Positions 42,174-52,021 of a stretch of DNA of 64,000 nucleotides are shown here, piece by piece (position 1 is the stretch's first letter; each line of letters starts with the position of its first letter). This stretch comes from Spirochaetota bacterium (lineage in GTDB: Bacteria > Spirochaetota > UBA4802 > UBA5550). The stretch spans positions 1,120,001 to 1,184,000 of the forward strand of contig OY760686.1 in the NCBI GenBank assembly GCA_963663865.1. Reading direction: 5' to 3'. Under the pieces are notes generated by a model. It did no database searches. It was given only the letters and a program-made list of their open reading frames with translations, and was not told where the DNA came from. The position numbers and the translations under genes were made by a program.

Positions 42174-42824
42174 TTATTTTTTAAGGAATTCAGGGGCATA
42201 TTCTGCAAGCCAGTCATCGGGATCCTGGTAGAATGGATTTTCCGTTATAACACCCTTGCTGATTGTGTACGGATGAGTCCTCAAAACCTGCATTATAATG
42301 TCCCCGGTAAATCTGGTGATGTTGTATAGGCAGATGCTTATCCATGGTTTGCGGGATATGAAATAGTTCAGTCTCGATTCGTATACCATCAGGTGTTCCC
42401 TTCCAGGAATCGCTTCAAGTGCCCATACCATCTCGGCTGTTGCTCTGACATTTCTGGGCCCCTTAGACTGACTATGAGTATAAAAGCTGTCAAGTCTCTC
42501 GTCCATGTCCAGGGGCGAGAATGTTCCCTGAGGGTAGTAAAGATCCTTTGGTGAGGATATTACTATTGAATCTTGATTGCTCAGACATGATGAATAATCC
42601 GGATGAGCTGATGAGTACTCGCTAATAAAGTCGTTTGAATTTCTCTCAGATGGACAGTAAAAATTGAGATCATTGTTTTTGAAACCCTGCGATAATAATC
42701 CGAATATTATTGAGTCTCTCTCCTCTTCGGTTTCGTAGAGACCGCACATGTGAACGCCCCAGTTGCATGTATAGCCCCCGAAGCCAAGTTCGAAGGAAGC
42801 AAGTTCTGATGTTTTGATGTGCAT
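42174..42824 (-). CDS. Stand-alone MEDS domain protein
   Basis: HMCGLY, RATAEMVW, YESRLN, ICLYN, LRTHP and NPFY motifs. Confidence 0.85.
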   Translation of the reverse strand: MHIKTSELASFELGFGGYTCNWGVHMCGLYETEEERDSIIFGLLSQGFKNNDLNFYCPSERNSNDFISEYSSAHPDYSSCLSNQDSIVISSPKDLYYPQGTFSPLDMDERLDSFYTHSQSKGPRNVRATAEMVWALEAIPGREHLMVYESRLNYFISRKPWISICLYNITRFTGDIIMQVLRTHPYTISKGVITENPFYQDPDDWLAEYAPEFLKK

Positions 42825-43002
42825 TTCCGGCCTCCCGTGTGAAATTATTTATGGGCAGTATGGGGTTTCAACAGTTAAAGTGTAATACAGTAATTGAAAA
42901 AAGCCAATATTCCCTGCCACAAAAGCATACGATTGGCTGAGTATAGCATAAAACTGGATTCGTGTACAGTGTTTTTCGTCGTGACGCCTGGTGGGTATTG
43001 TT

Positions 43003-43520
43003 AGTAGGGAGCCTGGCGGCTGTTTTCACGCTGAGAGCGTGGTACTGTGTTTGTTCGGGACGGTCTCGACCGTCCCGAACAAACTGTTTTCTGTGCGGAG
43101 CGGACAGGCTATTTTCCGCCACTTTTTTGTCGCGCCACAAAACTTGAACTGTTTTTAGGCAGGGGGCCTGCCTGTCATTTTTCACACTGGGAGTGTGAGA
43201 CCTTTTTCATCGACCACTTTCGTCCGGGCGAAAGTGGTCGACCCTGGGCGGCTTAGGCACTAGTTCATCCTGAACGTCGGCGCTGTGCGATTTGCATCCA
43301 TGAAAATCGCACTGGTTGCGTTCTTGAAGAAGGAGGCCTGCAGTTTAAAATTCCGCCATCAGGTTCCGGCACCCGGTAGAGCCGCCCAAATTGGGCGGCT
43401 CTACCCCACCATGACATGCTACGCGCCCCTTAGGAATAAGATGAGTCGGTAAGCCGAAGGCCGTAAAATTGGCGGCAGATTTCGTTCTGCCACTTTTCTA
43501 TCAAAAAGAAAAGCGGCAAA
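43003..43520. repeat. Composite palindromic repeat cluster (REP/MITE-like), copy A
   Basis: Hairpins at 43049-43084, 43210-43241, 43285-43312 and 43375-43405. Modules are shared with 57314-58216. Confidence 0.8.
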
Positions 43521-43529
43521 GATGATACA

Positions 43530-44513
43530 TCACTTTTTCTTCCCGAAATTTATCTCCTCTCTGACGTGATATGGAGGTTTCCCCTGGGATTCATGATAAA
43601 TTCTTGTCATTATCTCAGCGATAATTCCCATCTGGATGAAGATTAGACCGGCAATAACGAAGAGGATTGTCATGTATAGAAAAGGATTACCGGTCATGTT
43701 CATGCCCATATAGTACTTCATGAGAATGGTTGTGACCGTAGTAGCCAGTCCAAGCAGCATAAAAACAAGACCTGTTCCGCCGAAGATGTAAATCGGTTTT
43801 GTTGAAAAGGTTCCCATAAATTTCACGGTTATGAGATCCAGGAGCACCTTAAAGACACGCTTAAGTCCGTACTTTGATTTCCCGTATATTCTGGGATTAT
43901 GGTTTACGGGAACCTCGGTAATCCTTGCGCCCACCCATGACGCATGGACTGGAATGAAGCGGTGCATCTCGCCATATAGATTTACTTCCCTGAGTATTTC
44001 ACCCCTGTAGAGCTTGAGCGAGCATCCCAGATCGTGCAGTTTGACACCGGAGATTTTTGAGATAAGAGCATTGGCTATTTTTGAAGGAAGCTTTCTCGTA
44101 AAAGCCTTATCCTTTCTGTTGACTCTCCATCCGCTGACAACGTCGTATCCTTCATCCATTTTGTTAATCATCCTGGCGATATCATCAGCATCATTCTGCA
44201 GATCAGAGTCCATGAAGGCTATGAGGTTCCCGGTTGAGTAGTTTATCCCCGCGGACATGGCGGCAGTCTGGCCGAAGTTTCGTCTGAAGATGACAAGTTT
44301 AACTTTTTTATCCTTTGACGCAATCGATTTCAACTTCTCCTGTGAACTGTCAGTACTGCCGTCGTCTACAAATATAATCTCATAGCTTATTTTGAGGGCG
44401 TCCATTGCCTTTTTTACTTTACCATACTGAAGGTCAATGTTCTCTTCTTCGTTGTATACAGGAAGGATTAGTGATAAAAAGTGTTTACGGTTTATTTTAT
44501 TTGATGTAGCCAT
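43530..44513 (-). CDS. GT2 glycosyltransferase (ArnC/DPM-like, 2 C-terminal TMs)
   Basis: PVYNEE, VDDGSTD, RNFGQ, MDSDLQ and GEMHRF. Confidence 0.93.
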   Translation of the reverse strand: MATSNKINRKHFLSLILPVYNEEENIDLQYGKVKKAMDALKISYEIIFVDDGSTDSSQEKLKSIASKDKKVKLVIFRRNFGQTAAMSAGINYSTGNLIAFMDSDLQNDADDIARMINKMDEGYDVVSGWRVNRKDKAFTRKLPSKIANALISKISGVKLHDLGCSLKLYRGEILREVNLYGEMHRFIPVHASWVGARITEVPVNHNPRIYGKSKYGLKRVFKVLLDLITVKFMGTFSTKPIYIFGGTGLVFMLLGLATTVTTILMKYYMGMNMTGNPFLYMTILFVIAGLIFIQMGIIAEIMTRIYHESQGKPPYHVREEINFGKKK

Positions 44514-44583
44514 ATTATCCTCTCTAAGCTGTTATGGTCGATAAATCACTGTAATCGTCTGATGAAATTAACGGTTGCAAGTC

Positions 44584-46551
44584 CTATTTTTTATTTACTA
44601 TTTCTATGTAATCGGCAGTGATTTTAAAAGCCTCACGCAGGAAAAGGTCTTTTTTAAGGTCAACTTTGCCGTCCTGTTCTCCGGAGTCTCTGACTTCGTC
44701 GTTAAGTTTTTCCTGGTTTTTCCTGACATTGTCCGCTTCTTTTTTTAAACTCATTGTTTTCTGCGATAGCTGTTCTTTATACTTTTGAATCTTTCTTCTC
44801 AGCTCAAGGTATTCACTGTCTTTTGATAGTCTGGAAGTTGATAATGTTCTCAAACGTGAAAGTATGTAAGTGTTGACTTGCGACGTGTCTCTGGAGCGCA
44901 ACTGGCTGCCGATGGGTTCCCACTTTAAAGGATCAGGAAGCTTGTCCTCTCCAATGTCCCATATTGAAGTAAGAGACGGCACTACGATGTGGGGGGATAT
45001 TCCGTTAAGCTGGTTGGATGTTCCTCCCGGTTGATAAAAAAGATGTGTCGTGACCTTCATAGACCCATAGGGAAGTTCATTGTAAGATTGAACTGTTCCT
45101 TTTCCAAATGTATTGGTGGGTCCGATAACGATTCCTCTTTGATAGTCTTTTACGGCGCCGGCTAAAATCTCGGATGCGCTTGCGCTGAACCCGTCAACGA
45201 GAATGACAAGGGGGCCATTATACTTTCTGTAATCGTTCCCTATCATGCTTTCGGAGAAGGACAGTGTCTGGGCGAAATGATTGGGGGCTTTTATCTGAAC
45301 TACAGGGCGTTCTCCGAGAAACAGTCCTGCTATGTTGACTGACTCATTAAGCAGCCCGCCGGGATTGCCTCGAAGATCCACAATCATTCCATCAACCTTT
45401 TCTTCGATGCTCTTGTTTACAAAGTTCATCATATCGGAAGACGAGGAGGTGGTTCTCTCCTCGTTAAGATAAAATGACGGAAGGTTGATGTAGGCGATCT
45501 TTGCTTTCCTGCTATGGTGATTGAATTCTTTTATTTCAAGTTTTGCGGCGCTGTCTTCAAGGTTTATTCTGTCTCGTATGATAGGTATTATCTTTCTTTC
45601 CGGTGTTTTGGATGAGGGTGTATCTCTGAGTATGGTCAGTATAACCCTTGTTCCTTTTTTCCCCCTGATCTTTTTTACAACCTCGGAGAGTTCAAGTTCG
45701 ATGACATCTTCAGCTTCTTCGTCATCCTGCGCGACGGCAATAATCTTGTCGTTAGGTTTAAGCTGAAGCTTCTCCGGCAGCATGTCAGCGGGGCCGCCTT
45801 TTATTATTGATTCGACAGTAGTGAAGCCATCCTGTTGACGGAGCCTTGCTCCTATGCCTTCGAGTTTAAGCTCCATCGATATCTTGAAATCCTCAGTCTC
45901 TTCCATTGAAAGATATGAAGAATGAGGGTCAAGTGAGGCCGCAAAAGCGTTTACGAACCTTGCCAGGATATCATCCTTATTTGCCTTTTTGACTTTATTG
46001 TGAAACCATGTGTATTTTTTCTTCAGGTATTTTTGAGCGTATTTGATATCCTTCCCGATGGTAATGTAGTTGAGAATCTGTAGTTTAACTCTCTTTCGCC
46101 AGCGTTCCTCCATCTCCTTTTTGTCTACGGCATAAGCTGTTTTTTCCCTGTCGATTGTTATATCCTCATCAATTGAGAAATCATGCTTTACATCAAGAAG
46201 CTTTAGCGAAAGGATAAAGCTCTCATTGTACCGTTCAAGAAAGGTGTTGTATATCTGGAAGATTGGCTCGTAGTTTGAACTGCTGATATAATCGTCGAAT
46301 AAATACTTATGCTTGTTAAAAGTATCAATATCTGATTTATAAAAGTAGTATTTGCCCGGATCAAGGGCTTTGATGTAGTTGTCGAGTGTTTTCTCCGAAA
46401 GCTCGTCTGACAGCTGGTTCTTGTTGACGTGCATGTATAGAAATTCGCCGATAACGGAACGGACATCGTCCTCTTTTAGGCCCTGCGATTTCTTTGTGCA
46501 GGAAAAAACGAGCAGCAGTGTCATTATGGGGATAAGAAAATTTCTGATCAT
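44584..46551 (-). CDS. prc: Carboxy-terminal processing protease (Prc/Tsp, S41), lipoprotein
   Basis: Lipobox FSC; DPHSSY, LEGIGA (PDZ), DLRGNPGG, SASASE and GKGTVQ. Confidence 0.92.
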   Translation of the reverse strand: MIRNFLIPIMTLLLVFSCTKKSQGLKEDDVRSVIGEFLYMHVNKNQLSDELSEKTLDNYIKALDPGKYYFYKSDIDTFNKHKYLFDDYISSSNYEPIFQIYNTFLERYNESFILSLKLLDVKHDFSIDEDITIDREKTAYAVDKKEMEERWRKRVKLQILNYITIGKDIKYAQKYLKKKYTWFHNKVKKANKDDILARFVNAFAASLDPHSSYLSMEETEDFKISMELKLEGIGARLRQQDGFTTVESIIKGGPADMLPEKLQLKPNDKIIAVAQDDEEAEDVIELELSEVVKKIRGKKGTRVILTILRDTPSSKTPERKIIPIIRDRINLEDSAAKLEIKEFNHHSRKAKIAYINLPSFYLNEERTTSSSSDMMNFVNKSIEEKVDGMIVDLRGNPGGLLNESVNIAGLFLGERPVVQIKAPNHFAQTLSFSESMIGNDYRKYNGPLVILVDGFSASASEILAGAVKDYQRGIVIGPTNTFGKGTVQSYNELPYGSMKVTTHLFYQPGGTSNQLNGISPHIVVPSLTSIWDIGEDKLPDPLKWEPIGSQLRSRDTSQVNTYILSRLRTLSTSRLSKDSEYLELRRKIQKYKEQLSQKTMSLKKEADNVRKNQEKLNDEVRDSGEQDGKVDLKKDLFLREAFKITADYIEIVNKK

Positions 46552-46716
46552 CAGCCTTTCTCCAAAGTCGAATATTAGGGTCTGAAGTAACGCGGACACT
46601 AAAAAATCATAGTAGGATTTCTACGGCTCTATCGTCAATTACAATTGACCGGTGTATCGGGATTTTTTATTGACACGACAGCACAAAAAACTGAGACTCT
46701 TCACAACTAACCGGAG

Positions 46717-48171
46717 ATGGATATGATTTACGATAAGACAATACATGAACTTTCTGAACTGCTTGACAGCGGCAAATTATCAGCTGTTGAGATAGCATCG
46801 GAATTAATCAACAGGGCTGAAAAGCATAATCCTGTCATAAATGCCTTTATTACGGCACCCGGTGAGGATTTGTTAAAGGCTGCTGAAGAATCAGACAGAA
46901 GGAGGGCCGCAGGGCAAAAGCTTTCTCCTTTCGATGGCATTCCAATAGCTGTGAAGGACAACATAAATGCTGCCGGTGTAAGAACAACCTGCGGTTCAAA
47001 AATACTCTCAGAATTTGTTCCGGCTTTTGATGCCTCGTCGTACTCCAAAATGAAAAAGATGGGCTTTCTCCTTCTTGGCAAGACCAATATGGATGAGTTT
47101 GCCATGGGCTCAACGAACGAGACCTCTTTTTTCGGCGCCGTCAAAAACCCGTATGACACAGAGCGTGTTCCCGGCGGCAGTTCGGGAGGTTCAGCCGCGG
47201 CCGTTTCAGCCATGATGGCGCCGGGAGCCCTGGGATCCGATACAGGAGGTTCAATCAGACAACCAGCCGCATTCTGCGGAGTCACTGGTATAAAGCCGAC
47301 ATACGGAAGGGTTTCAAGGTACGGACTTGTGGCTTTCGCCTCATCACTTGACCAGATTGGGACTTTCGCCCGGTCGGTTGATGATGCTGCTCTTCTCCTT
47401 GCTGCAATTTCAGGACATGATCCTAAGGACAGCACTTCAGTTGAATGCCCGGTCGATTTCGGCCCTGGTTCAATTTCAGATGATGTTAAGGGCATGAAAA
47501 TAGGTGTGCCCGATGAATATTTCAAGGGGACCGATCCTGAGATTAAGGATATGGTCATGTCCAGGGTAAAAATGCTTGAAGATGCAGGAGCTTCAATAGA
47601 GACAATTTCTCTGAAGCTGACAGACTATGCCATACCGCTCTACTACCTTATAGCTACCGCGGAGGCCTCGTCCAATCTGGCACGCTTTGACGGTGTGCGT
47701 TACGGCTACCGTTCCCCTTCCGCGGAATCACTGGAAAGCCTTTACACGCTTTCGAGAAGCGAAGGCTTCGGCAAAGAGGTAAAAAGGCGTATTATCCTGG
47801 GAACATTTTCGCTCAGCTCTGGATATTATGATGCATACTATCTTAAGGCTTTGAAGGGAAGGGCGCTCCTGGTGGAAGATTACCGTCAGGCTTTTTCGAA
47901 GGTTGACGCGATAATAACTCCTACGTCCACTTCGGCGGCTTTCAAAATAGGCGAGATGATGACCGACCCGCTTCAAATGTACATGTCGGACATTCTGACC
48001 ATATCGGCCAACCTCGCGGGAATTCCCGGAATAAGCATTCCGGCAGGTTTGAACAGCCAGGGGCTTCCGGTAGGACTTCAAATTATGGGGAACCACTTTG
48101 AAGAGAACAAGATACTCGGCCTCGCGCGTTTTATCGAGAAGAACAGTGAAAGGATATCGCCGACTTTATAA
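46717..48171 (+). CDS. gatA: Glu-tRNA(Gln) amidotransferase subunit A
   Basis: KDNI, GKTNMDEFAMG, PGGSSGGS, GSDTGGSIRQP and SSNLARFDG. Confidence 0.97.
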   Translation: MDMIYDKTIHELSELLDSGKLSAVEIASELINRAEKHNPVINAFITAPGEDLLKAAEESDRRRAAGQKLSPFDGIPIAVKDNINAAGVRTTCGSKILSEFVPAFDASSYSKMKKMGFLLLGKTNMDEFAMGSTNETSFFGAVKNPYDTERVPGGSSGGSAAAVSAMMAPGALGSDTGGSIRQPAAFCGVTGIKPTYGRVSRYGLVAFASSLDQIGTFARSVDDAALLLAAISGHDPKDSTSVECPVDFGPGSISDDVKGMKIGVPDEYFKGTDPEIKDMVMSRVKMLEDAGASIETISLKLTDYAIPLYYLIATAEASSNLARFDGVRYGYRSPSAESLESLYTLSRSEGFGKEVKRRIILGTFSLSSGYYDAYYLKALKGRALLVEDYRQAFSKVDAIITPTSTSAAFKIGEMMTDPLQMYMSDILTISANLAGIPGISIPAGLNSQGLPVGLQIMGNHFEENKILGLARFIEKNSERISPTL

Positions 48172-48622
48172 GACGGCATTGACCGCTGCGGCATTTATAT
48201 TTGTGTCGTGTTCTCATTATCAAGAGGCTGTAATATACGATGCTCTTGAGTTCACCGTCCACGAAAAGGAAGCGGTCTATTCAGCTGTCTACGGTGAAAG
48301 GCCGGTAAAGACCAGGCGCTACTATTTTAAGGGAATCCGCCGCTTTGATTTTTCGTCGCATACGGAAGAACAGATGGAAATAGCCCTGCATGCCGTGAAG
48401 AGTTTCGAGGCGGGGCGTTTTGAAGAGGCCTTAAACCTTTTTAACAACCTTTCAAAATATGACAGTATCAGGGCCCAGTCATGCAACAATGCCGGAATTG
48501 CCCTTGAATCCATGAAGAGGCAAGGTGAAGCGATTGATATGTACCTGAAGGCTTCGATGTACAGGCCTGACTCCGATATATACCGGAAAAACTTTTTAGC
48601 CTGCATGGCAGGAGGAGTTTAA
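48146..48622 (+). CDS. TPR-like lipoprotein
   Basis: Probable GTG start at 48146; lipobox FVSC; TPR-like NNAGIALE...EAIDMYLKA. Confidence 0.65.
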   Translation: MKGYRRLYKTALTAAAFIFVSCSHYQEAVIYDALEFTVHEKEAVYSAVYGERPVKTRRYYFKGIRRFDFSSHTEEQMEIALHAVKSFEAGRFEEALNLFNNLSKYDSIRAQSCNNAGIALESMKRQGEAIDMYLKASMYRPDSDIYRKNFLACMAGGV

Positions 48623-48623
48623 A

Positions 48624-49172
48624 ATGCGGCCGCTGTTGGGTTCGTTATGTTATATAATTATAGCAATTGTTCCAGCCTCCGCGCTTCAGGTTTCGTATTC
48701 ATTTGGGGGGGGATATAGCTGGAATGCCGATGATGACACTCCTTTCGGGAAGGGAGGAATATCAATCATTCAGCCGGTTGTCGAGGATTTCTCTGTCGGA
48801 CTGGAATACAATATCGTTAGCAGTATCCATCCGGATTTTGAGGCACCGGCATCACTCTTCGAGCTTTCATGCAGAAAGTATTTTTATGATGTGCCTGCAA
48901 AATACGGCGTTGACTCTTTCTATCCGTTCGCCGCGGTGCTCCCCGCGGTATTGTATCGGCAGAATCGTGATCTTGTGCCCGGGATTGAAATACAGCTTGG
49001 CTTTGACCTGATGTACGAGACGTGGATGATAGACCCGATCAGCTATTCCATGTCATGGCTGGCCAGGTCAAGACAGCTCATCTCTGTGGTCTTCTACGCT
49101 ACCGGCCTTTATATGAAGGACTACTGGAGCGGTGATTCTGGTATCAGAGTTTACTCCGGGACTCTGTTCTAA
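48624..49172 (+). CDS. Hypothetical exported protein, possibly a small beta-barrel
   Basis: Signal peptide, alternating beta-strand pattern and terminal Phe; GGAGGAG RBS. Confidence 0.6.
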   Translation: MRPLLGSLCYIIIAIVPASALQVSYSFGGGYSWNADDDTPFGKGGISIIQPVVEDFSVGLEYNIVSSIHPDFEAPASLFELSCRKYFYDVPAKYGVDSFYPFAAVLPAVLYRQNRDLVPGIEIQLGFDLMYETWMIDPISYSMSWLARSRQLISVVFYATGLYMKDYWSGDSGIRVYSGTLF

Positions 49173-49359
49173 GAAGCGAACTGGCAAATGATGACCGAGA
49201 GCTTTATCCCCCCTTTTTTACATTACAGTCAAAAGTTGTTTCTCTAAACAAAAATTGATTTTATTTCAATCAGCCTGTACCTTTTGTGAGTGGTGTTTTT
49301 ATACAGCTTGAAATGATGAGGGCTGTTTTGGTGTGATTCAAGTAAAAAGGAGGCAATGT

Positions 49360-49653
49360 ATGAAAGCCGGACTGCTTATGACCGGGAATGGAGCGCTGGT
49401 ATACCTGACATCTCATAAGGCTTATATTGATGATAGCCTTGTCGAGAAGTTCATAAGTAAGGGAATAGACAAGTTTATTGCCTACGAACTGCCGGTGGAA
49501 GAGGCAAGGAAGCGTTACGCGGGTCATTTCGACAGGGTGATACAGGATTTGCGTGAAACCGATGATCTGAGAATACTGGATTATGACGGCTCAAGGGCTT
49601 TCAAGATTTTTTCATTTAAGGAACTCGGAAAGCAGTATATGTATGAGGGATAG
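49360..49653 (+). CDS. Small hypothetical cytosolic protein
   Basis: AGGAGG RBS before MKAGLLMTGNG; KGIDKFIAYE and DLRILDYDG. Confidence 0.75.
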   Translation: MKAGLLMTGNGALVYLTSHKAYIDDSLVEKFISKGIDKFIAYELPVEEARKRYAGHFDRVIQDLRETDDLRILDYDGSRAFKIFSFKELGKQYMYEG

Positions 49654-49701
49654 TAATTCTTGTTTTAAATTATTCGTAGTTAGCGTGGTGTCCGAGCGTT
49701 G

Positions 49702-49736
49702 AAAAAAAAGGGCTTCCCGACGAAACGGAAAGCCCT
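49702..49736 (-). terminator. Rho-independent terminator
   Basis: Minus strand AGGGCTTTCCG...CGGGAAGCCCT followed by a T run, right after the 49743 stop. Confidence 0.8.
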
Positions 49737-49742
49737 GAGGTA

Positions 49743-50708
49743 TTAATACTTATTCATCAACCGTTCAAGAGCATTTTTAGCCTTTGGATATTTCTCCTGA
49801 TTGGATATTCTTTGAATGTTCTTTTTGAAGCCGGGCTTTGCGAGGTTTACAACAAATCCGCCCCCGGAAAGGTTGGTCTGTGCAAGCTGGTCAAATACCA
49901 GGTATCTGAGCTCGTTGTCTCTGTTATCGGATGCTGATTTCACGATTGTATCTACCATTGTGAATCTTTCTGTCGCATCCATCTTGTTCAGGTGGTTAAG
50001 AAGGACATTGCCTCTGTTTTCATTAATAAACTGGCTGGAATTTGCAGTCTTCATGTATGTTTCCATAACGTACTTTGAGCCAAGCGCCTGGGAGAGGCTG
50101 GTCGAAGAACCCTGAGAGCTTTTGTTTTGCTCGTTCGAAGCAGCTTTTTTTTCTCTCATGTATGCTGCATAGTTGAATAATTTATAGCTATTGCCATCCT
50201 CGTAGTAGATGTTCCATTCCTGGTTCGAGCCGTTATTGTGGCCGTAGGGTATGACAGCCTGTCCCTGTTTTTTTTTGCTAACTCCGCCCTGCGCATCGGC
50301 GACTTTTCCGTTTGAGAGTTTTATTATGAAGCGTGAATCGTTAACCATAAGAAATTTCACATATTCCGGCCTGCTGTCTGTGGCTAAAATCTCGTGCTTT
50401 TTCTTGATCAGTTTTCCTGTTTTAATTGTTTTTGTGTTCAGGTACTTGCCCTCTCCAATGTTTCTGAGTCTGAATTCACCATTAGAGCCGTTCTTATGTG
50501 CTGACCATTGTTGATCTCTGTTGGTTCTATTTATGGAGTAAAGCTTGATTTCACCGTTTTTTGCCTCCATGTACATATTAGTTCCAGCGTTTTTGATAAA
50601 AATTTTCTCCGGAAGCTCGGTGATGACACTGTAATTTTTTGCCGAAAGCGCAGACAGTCCCACCAGGACAAAAAGCAGCGAGACAGAGAGAGTTATAAGT
50701 TTTTTCAT
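49743..50708 (-). CDS. Secreted ricin-B-like domain protein with C-terminal helical domain
   Basis: Signal peptide; QQW and NQEW motifs, VADAQGG; Ser-rich linker. Confidence 0.75.
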   Translation of the reverse strand: MKKLITLSVSLLFVLVGLSALSAKNYSVITELPEKIFIKNAGTNMYMEAKNGEIKLYSINRTNRDQQWSAHKNGSNGEFRLRNIGEGKYLNTKTIKTGKLIKKKHEILATDSRPEYVKFLMVNDSRFIIKLSNGKVADAQGGVSKKKQGQAVIPYGHNNGSNQEWNIYYEDGNSYKLFNYAAYMREKKAASNEQNKSSQGSSTSLSQALGSKYVMETYMKTANSSQFINENRGNVLLNHLNKMDATERFTMVDTIVKSASDNRDNELRYLVFDQLAQTNLSGGGFVVNLAKPGFKKNIQRISNQEKYPKAKNALERLMNKY

Positions 50709-50917
50709 GTGTTCCTCCTTATTGTTTCATAATAGTTTATCAGCCAAAAACAATACGTCAAGTATTAATAGCCAAAAAAAACTACATAAAACCGCAATTT
50801 GAATAAAAATTTATCATTGCTCTTTGTGTGTTCAGAGCTTAATTTAACGTCAGGGAAGACATGATTCTACGCCTTTTACAATTGAAGCGATGAAAAGAGG
50901 ATAAATGGATCCCCTCT

Positions 50918-51616
50918 TTATCTGACAAGGACCTCTTTGATATGGTCCCTGCAGATATCCGCCAGCCTGGCGGCTGTTTCAGGCGATGTTTTTTCGGTTT
51001 TTCTCAATTCAACTGACGGGATGTTGTCTCTGGGAACAAAACGCTGAATAATAAACTTTTTAACTCCCTTAAGCTCTGAGCACATCTGCCTTATTACTGC
51101 ATCGCTGTGAATGCCTGGAACCGCAGTTGTGCGGATCTCGTAATCTAAACCCGAGTTTATAAGCAGTTCAAGGCTCTTGAGGACCTTTTCCTTATTGTTT
51201 ATGACCTGAGTGACGGTGCTGTACTGCTCGGCAGGCATTTTGTAATCCATGGCTATGTAGTCACAGTACTTCAGGCATTCCTTAAGGGTTTCTGGAAAGC
51301 TGCCCTGTGTGTCGAGTTTGATCTTGAATCCCCTTGACTTGATGAATTCAAGCGTTTCGGGAAGCTTCTTCCTTAGAGTCGGCTCTCCCCCGGTAATACA
51401 CACCGCATCAATCCAGTTCGCCTTCGCCCTTGCGAGCACTTTGCCGAGTTCTTCGAAAGAGATAAAGCTCTCTGAAGACGGAATAAGCTCAGGGTTGTGG
51501 CAGTACACGCATCTGAAGTTGCATCCTGAAGTAAAGAAGAGAAGGGCAAGGTGCCCTTCGTAGTCTATTGTTGATTCGCTTCTGCTGAATGAGAAAAGAG
51601 CCGAGTGACCTGTCAT
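50918..51616 (-). CDS. nrdG: Anaerobic RNR activating radical SAM enzyme
   Basis: STIDYEG, GCNFRCVYCHN, ITGGEP, KLDTQG and EIRTT. Confidence 0.93.
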   Translation of the reverse strand: MTGHSALFSFSRSESTIDYEGHLALLFFTSGCNFRCVYCHNPELIPSSESFISFEELGKVLARAKANWIDAVCITGGEPTLRKKLPETLEFIKSRGFKIKLDTQGSFPETLKECLKYCDYIAMDYKMPAEQYSTVTQVINNKEKVLKSLELLINSGLDYEIRTTAVPGIHSDAVIRQMCSELKGVKKFIIQRFVPRDNIPSVELRKTEKTSPETAARLADICRDHIKEVLVR

Positions 51617-51617
51617 G

Positions 51618-52010
51618 TCAGTTCTCGCGGGCAAGGGCCAAAAGCTCTTTGATCTGAACAGGCTTGATCCGTGGATCAGCAAGGCTGTAATCTGTTTCGA
51701 GCTGAAGATATGCCGGTACGAATTCATAGATGCCCGAGGATTGCTGCTCGGGCCTCGGGTCTTCAGCCTTGACGTACGAAGCTGTTTCTTCAGAGTACCT
51801 CATAATCTGGAGTGCTGGAATCCTCTGTCCGTTGACCGTTTCAGCGGTTGCGTAGGCTTCCATTCCCTCAACCGTCGACAGATTCTGGTAATCGAGCTCG
51901 AATTCTTTGCTGTATTCTGGGCTCGATAGAATATCGATAACTTCATTTTTAAGCTCAGCGCATTTCGGGCAGTTGTCTTTTCCGTATATTACAATCAGTT
52001 TCTTTTCCAT
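51618..52010 (-). CDS. Thioredoxin/glutaredoxin-fold redoxin
   Basis: IYGKDNCPKC active site and cis-Pro RIPAL; located between nrdD and nrdG. Confidence 0.85.
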   Translation of the reverse strand: MEKKLIVIYGKDNCPKCAELKNEVIDILSSPEYSKEFELDYQNLSTVEGMEAYATAETVNGQRIPALQIMRYSEETASYVKAEDPRPEQQSSGIYEFVPAYLQLETDYSLADPRIKPVQIKELLALAREN

Positions 52011-52021
52011 TATTTCCTCTA

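Noticed and set aside
42868-43256. Short ORFs upstream of the MEDS gene
   Set aside because: They overlap the palindromic repeats and show no clear RBS or protein-like features.
43003-43520. CRISPR array or tRNA in the palindromic region
   Set aside because: There is no regular repeat-spacer period, no cas gene and no cloverleaf; the modules are heterogeneous.
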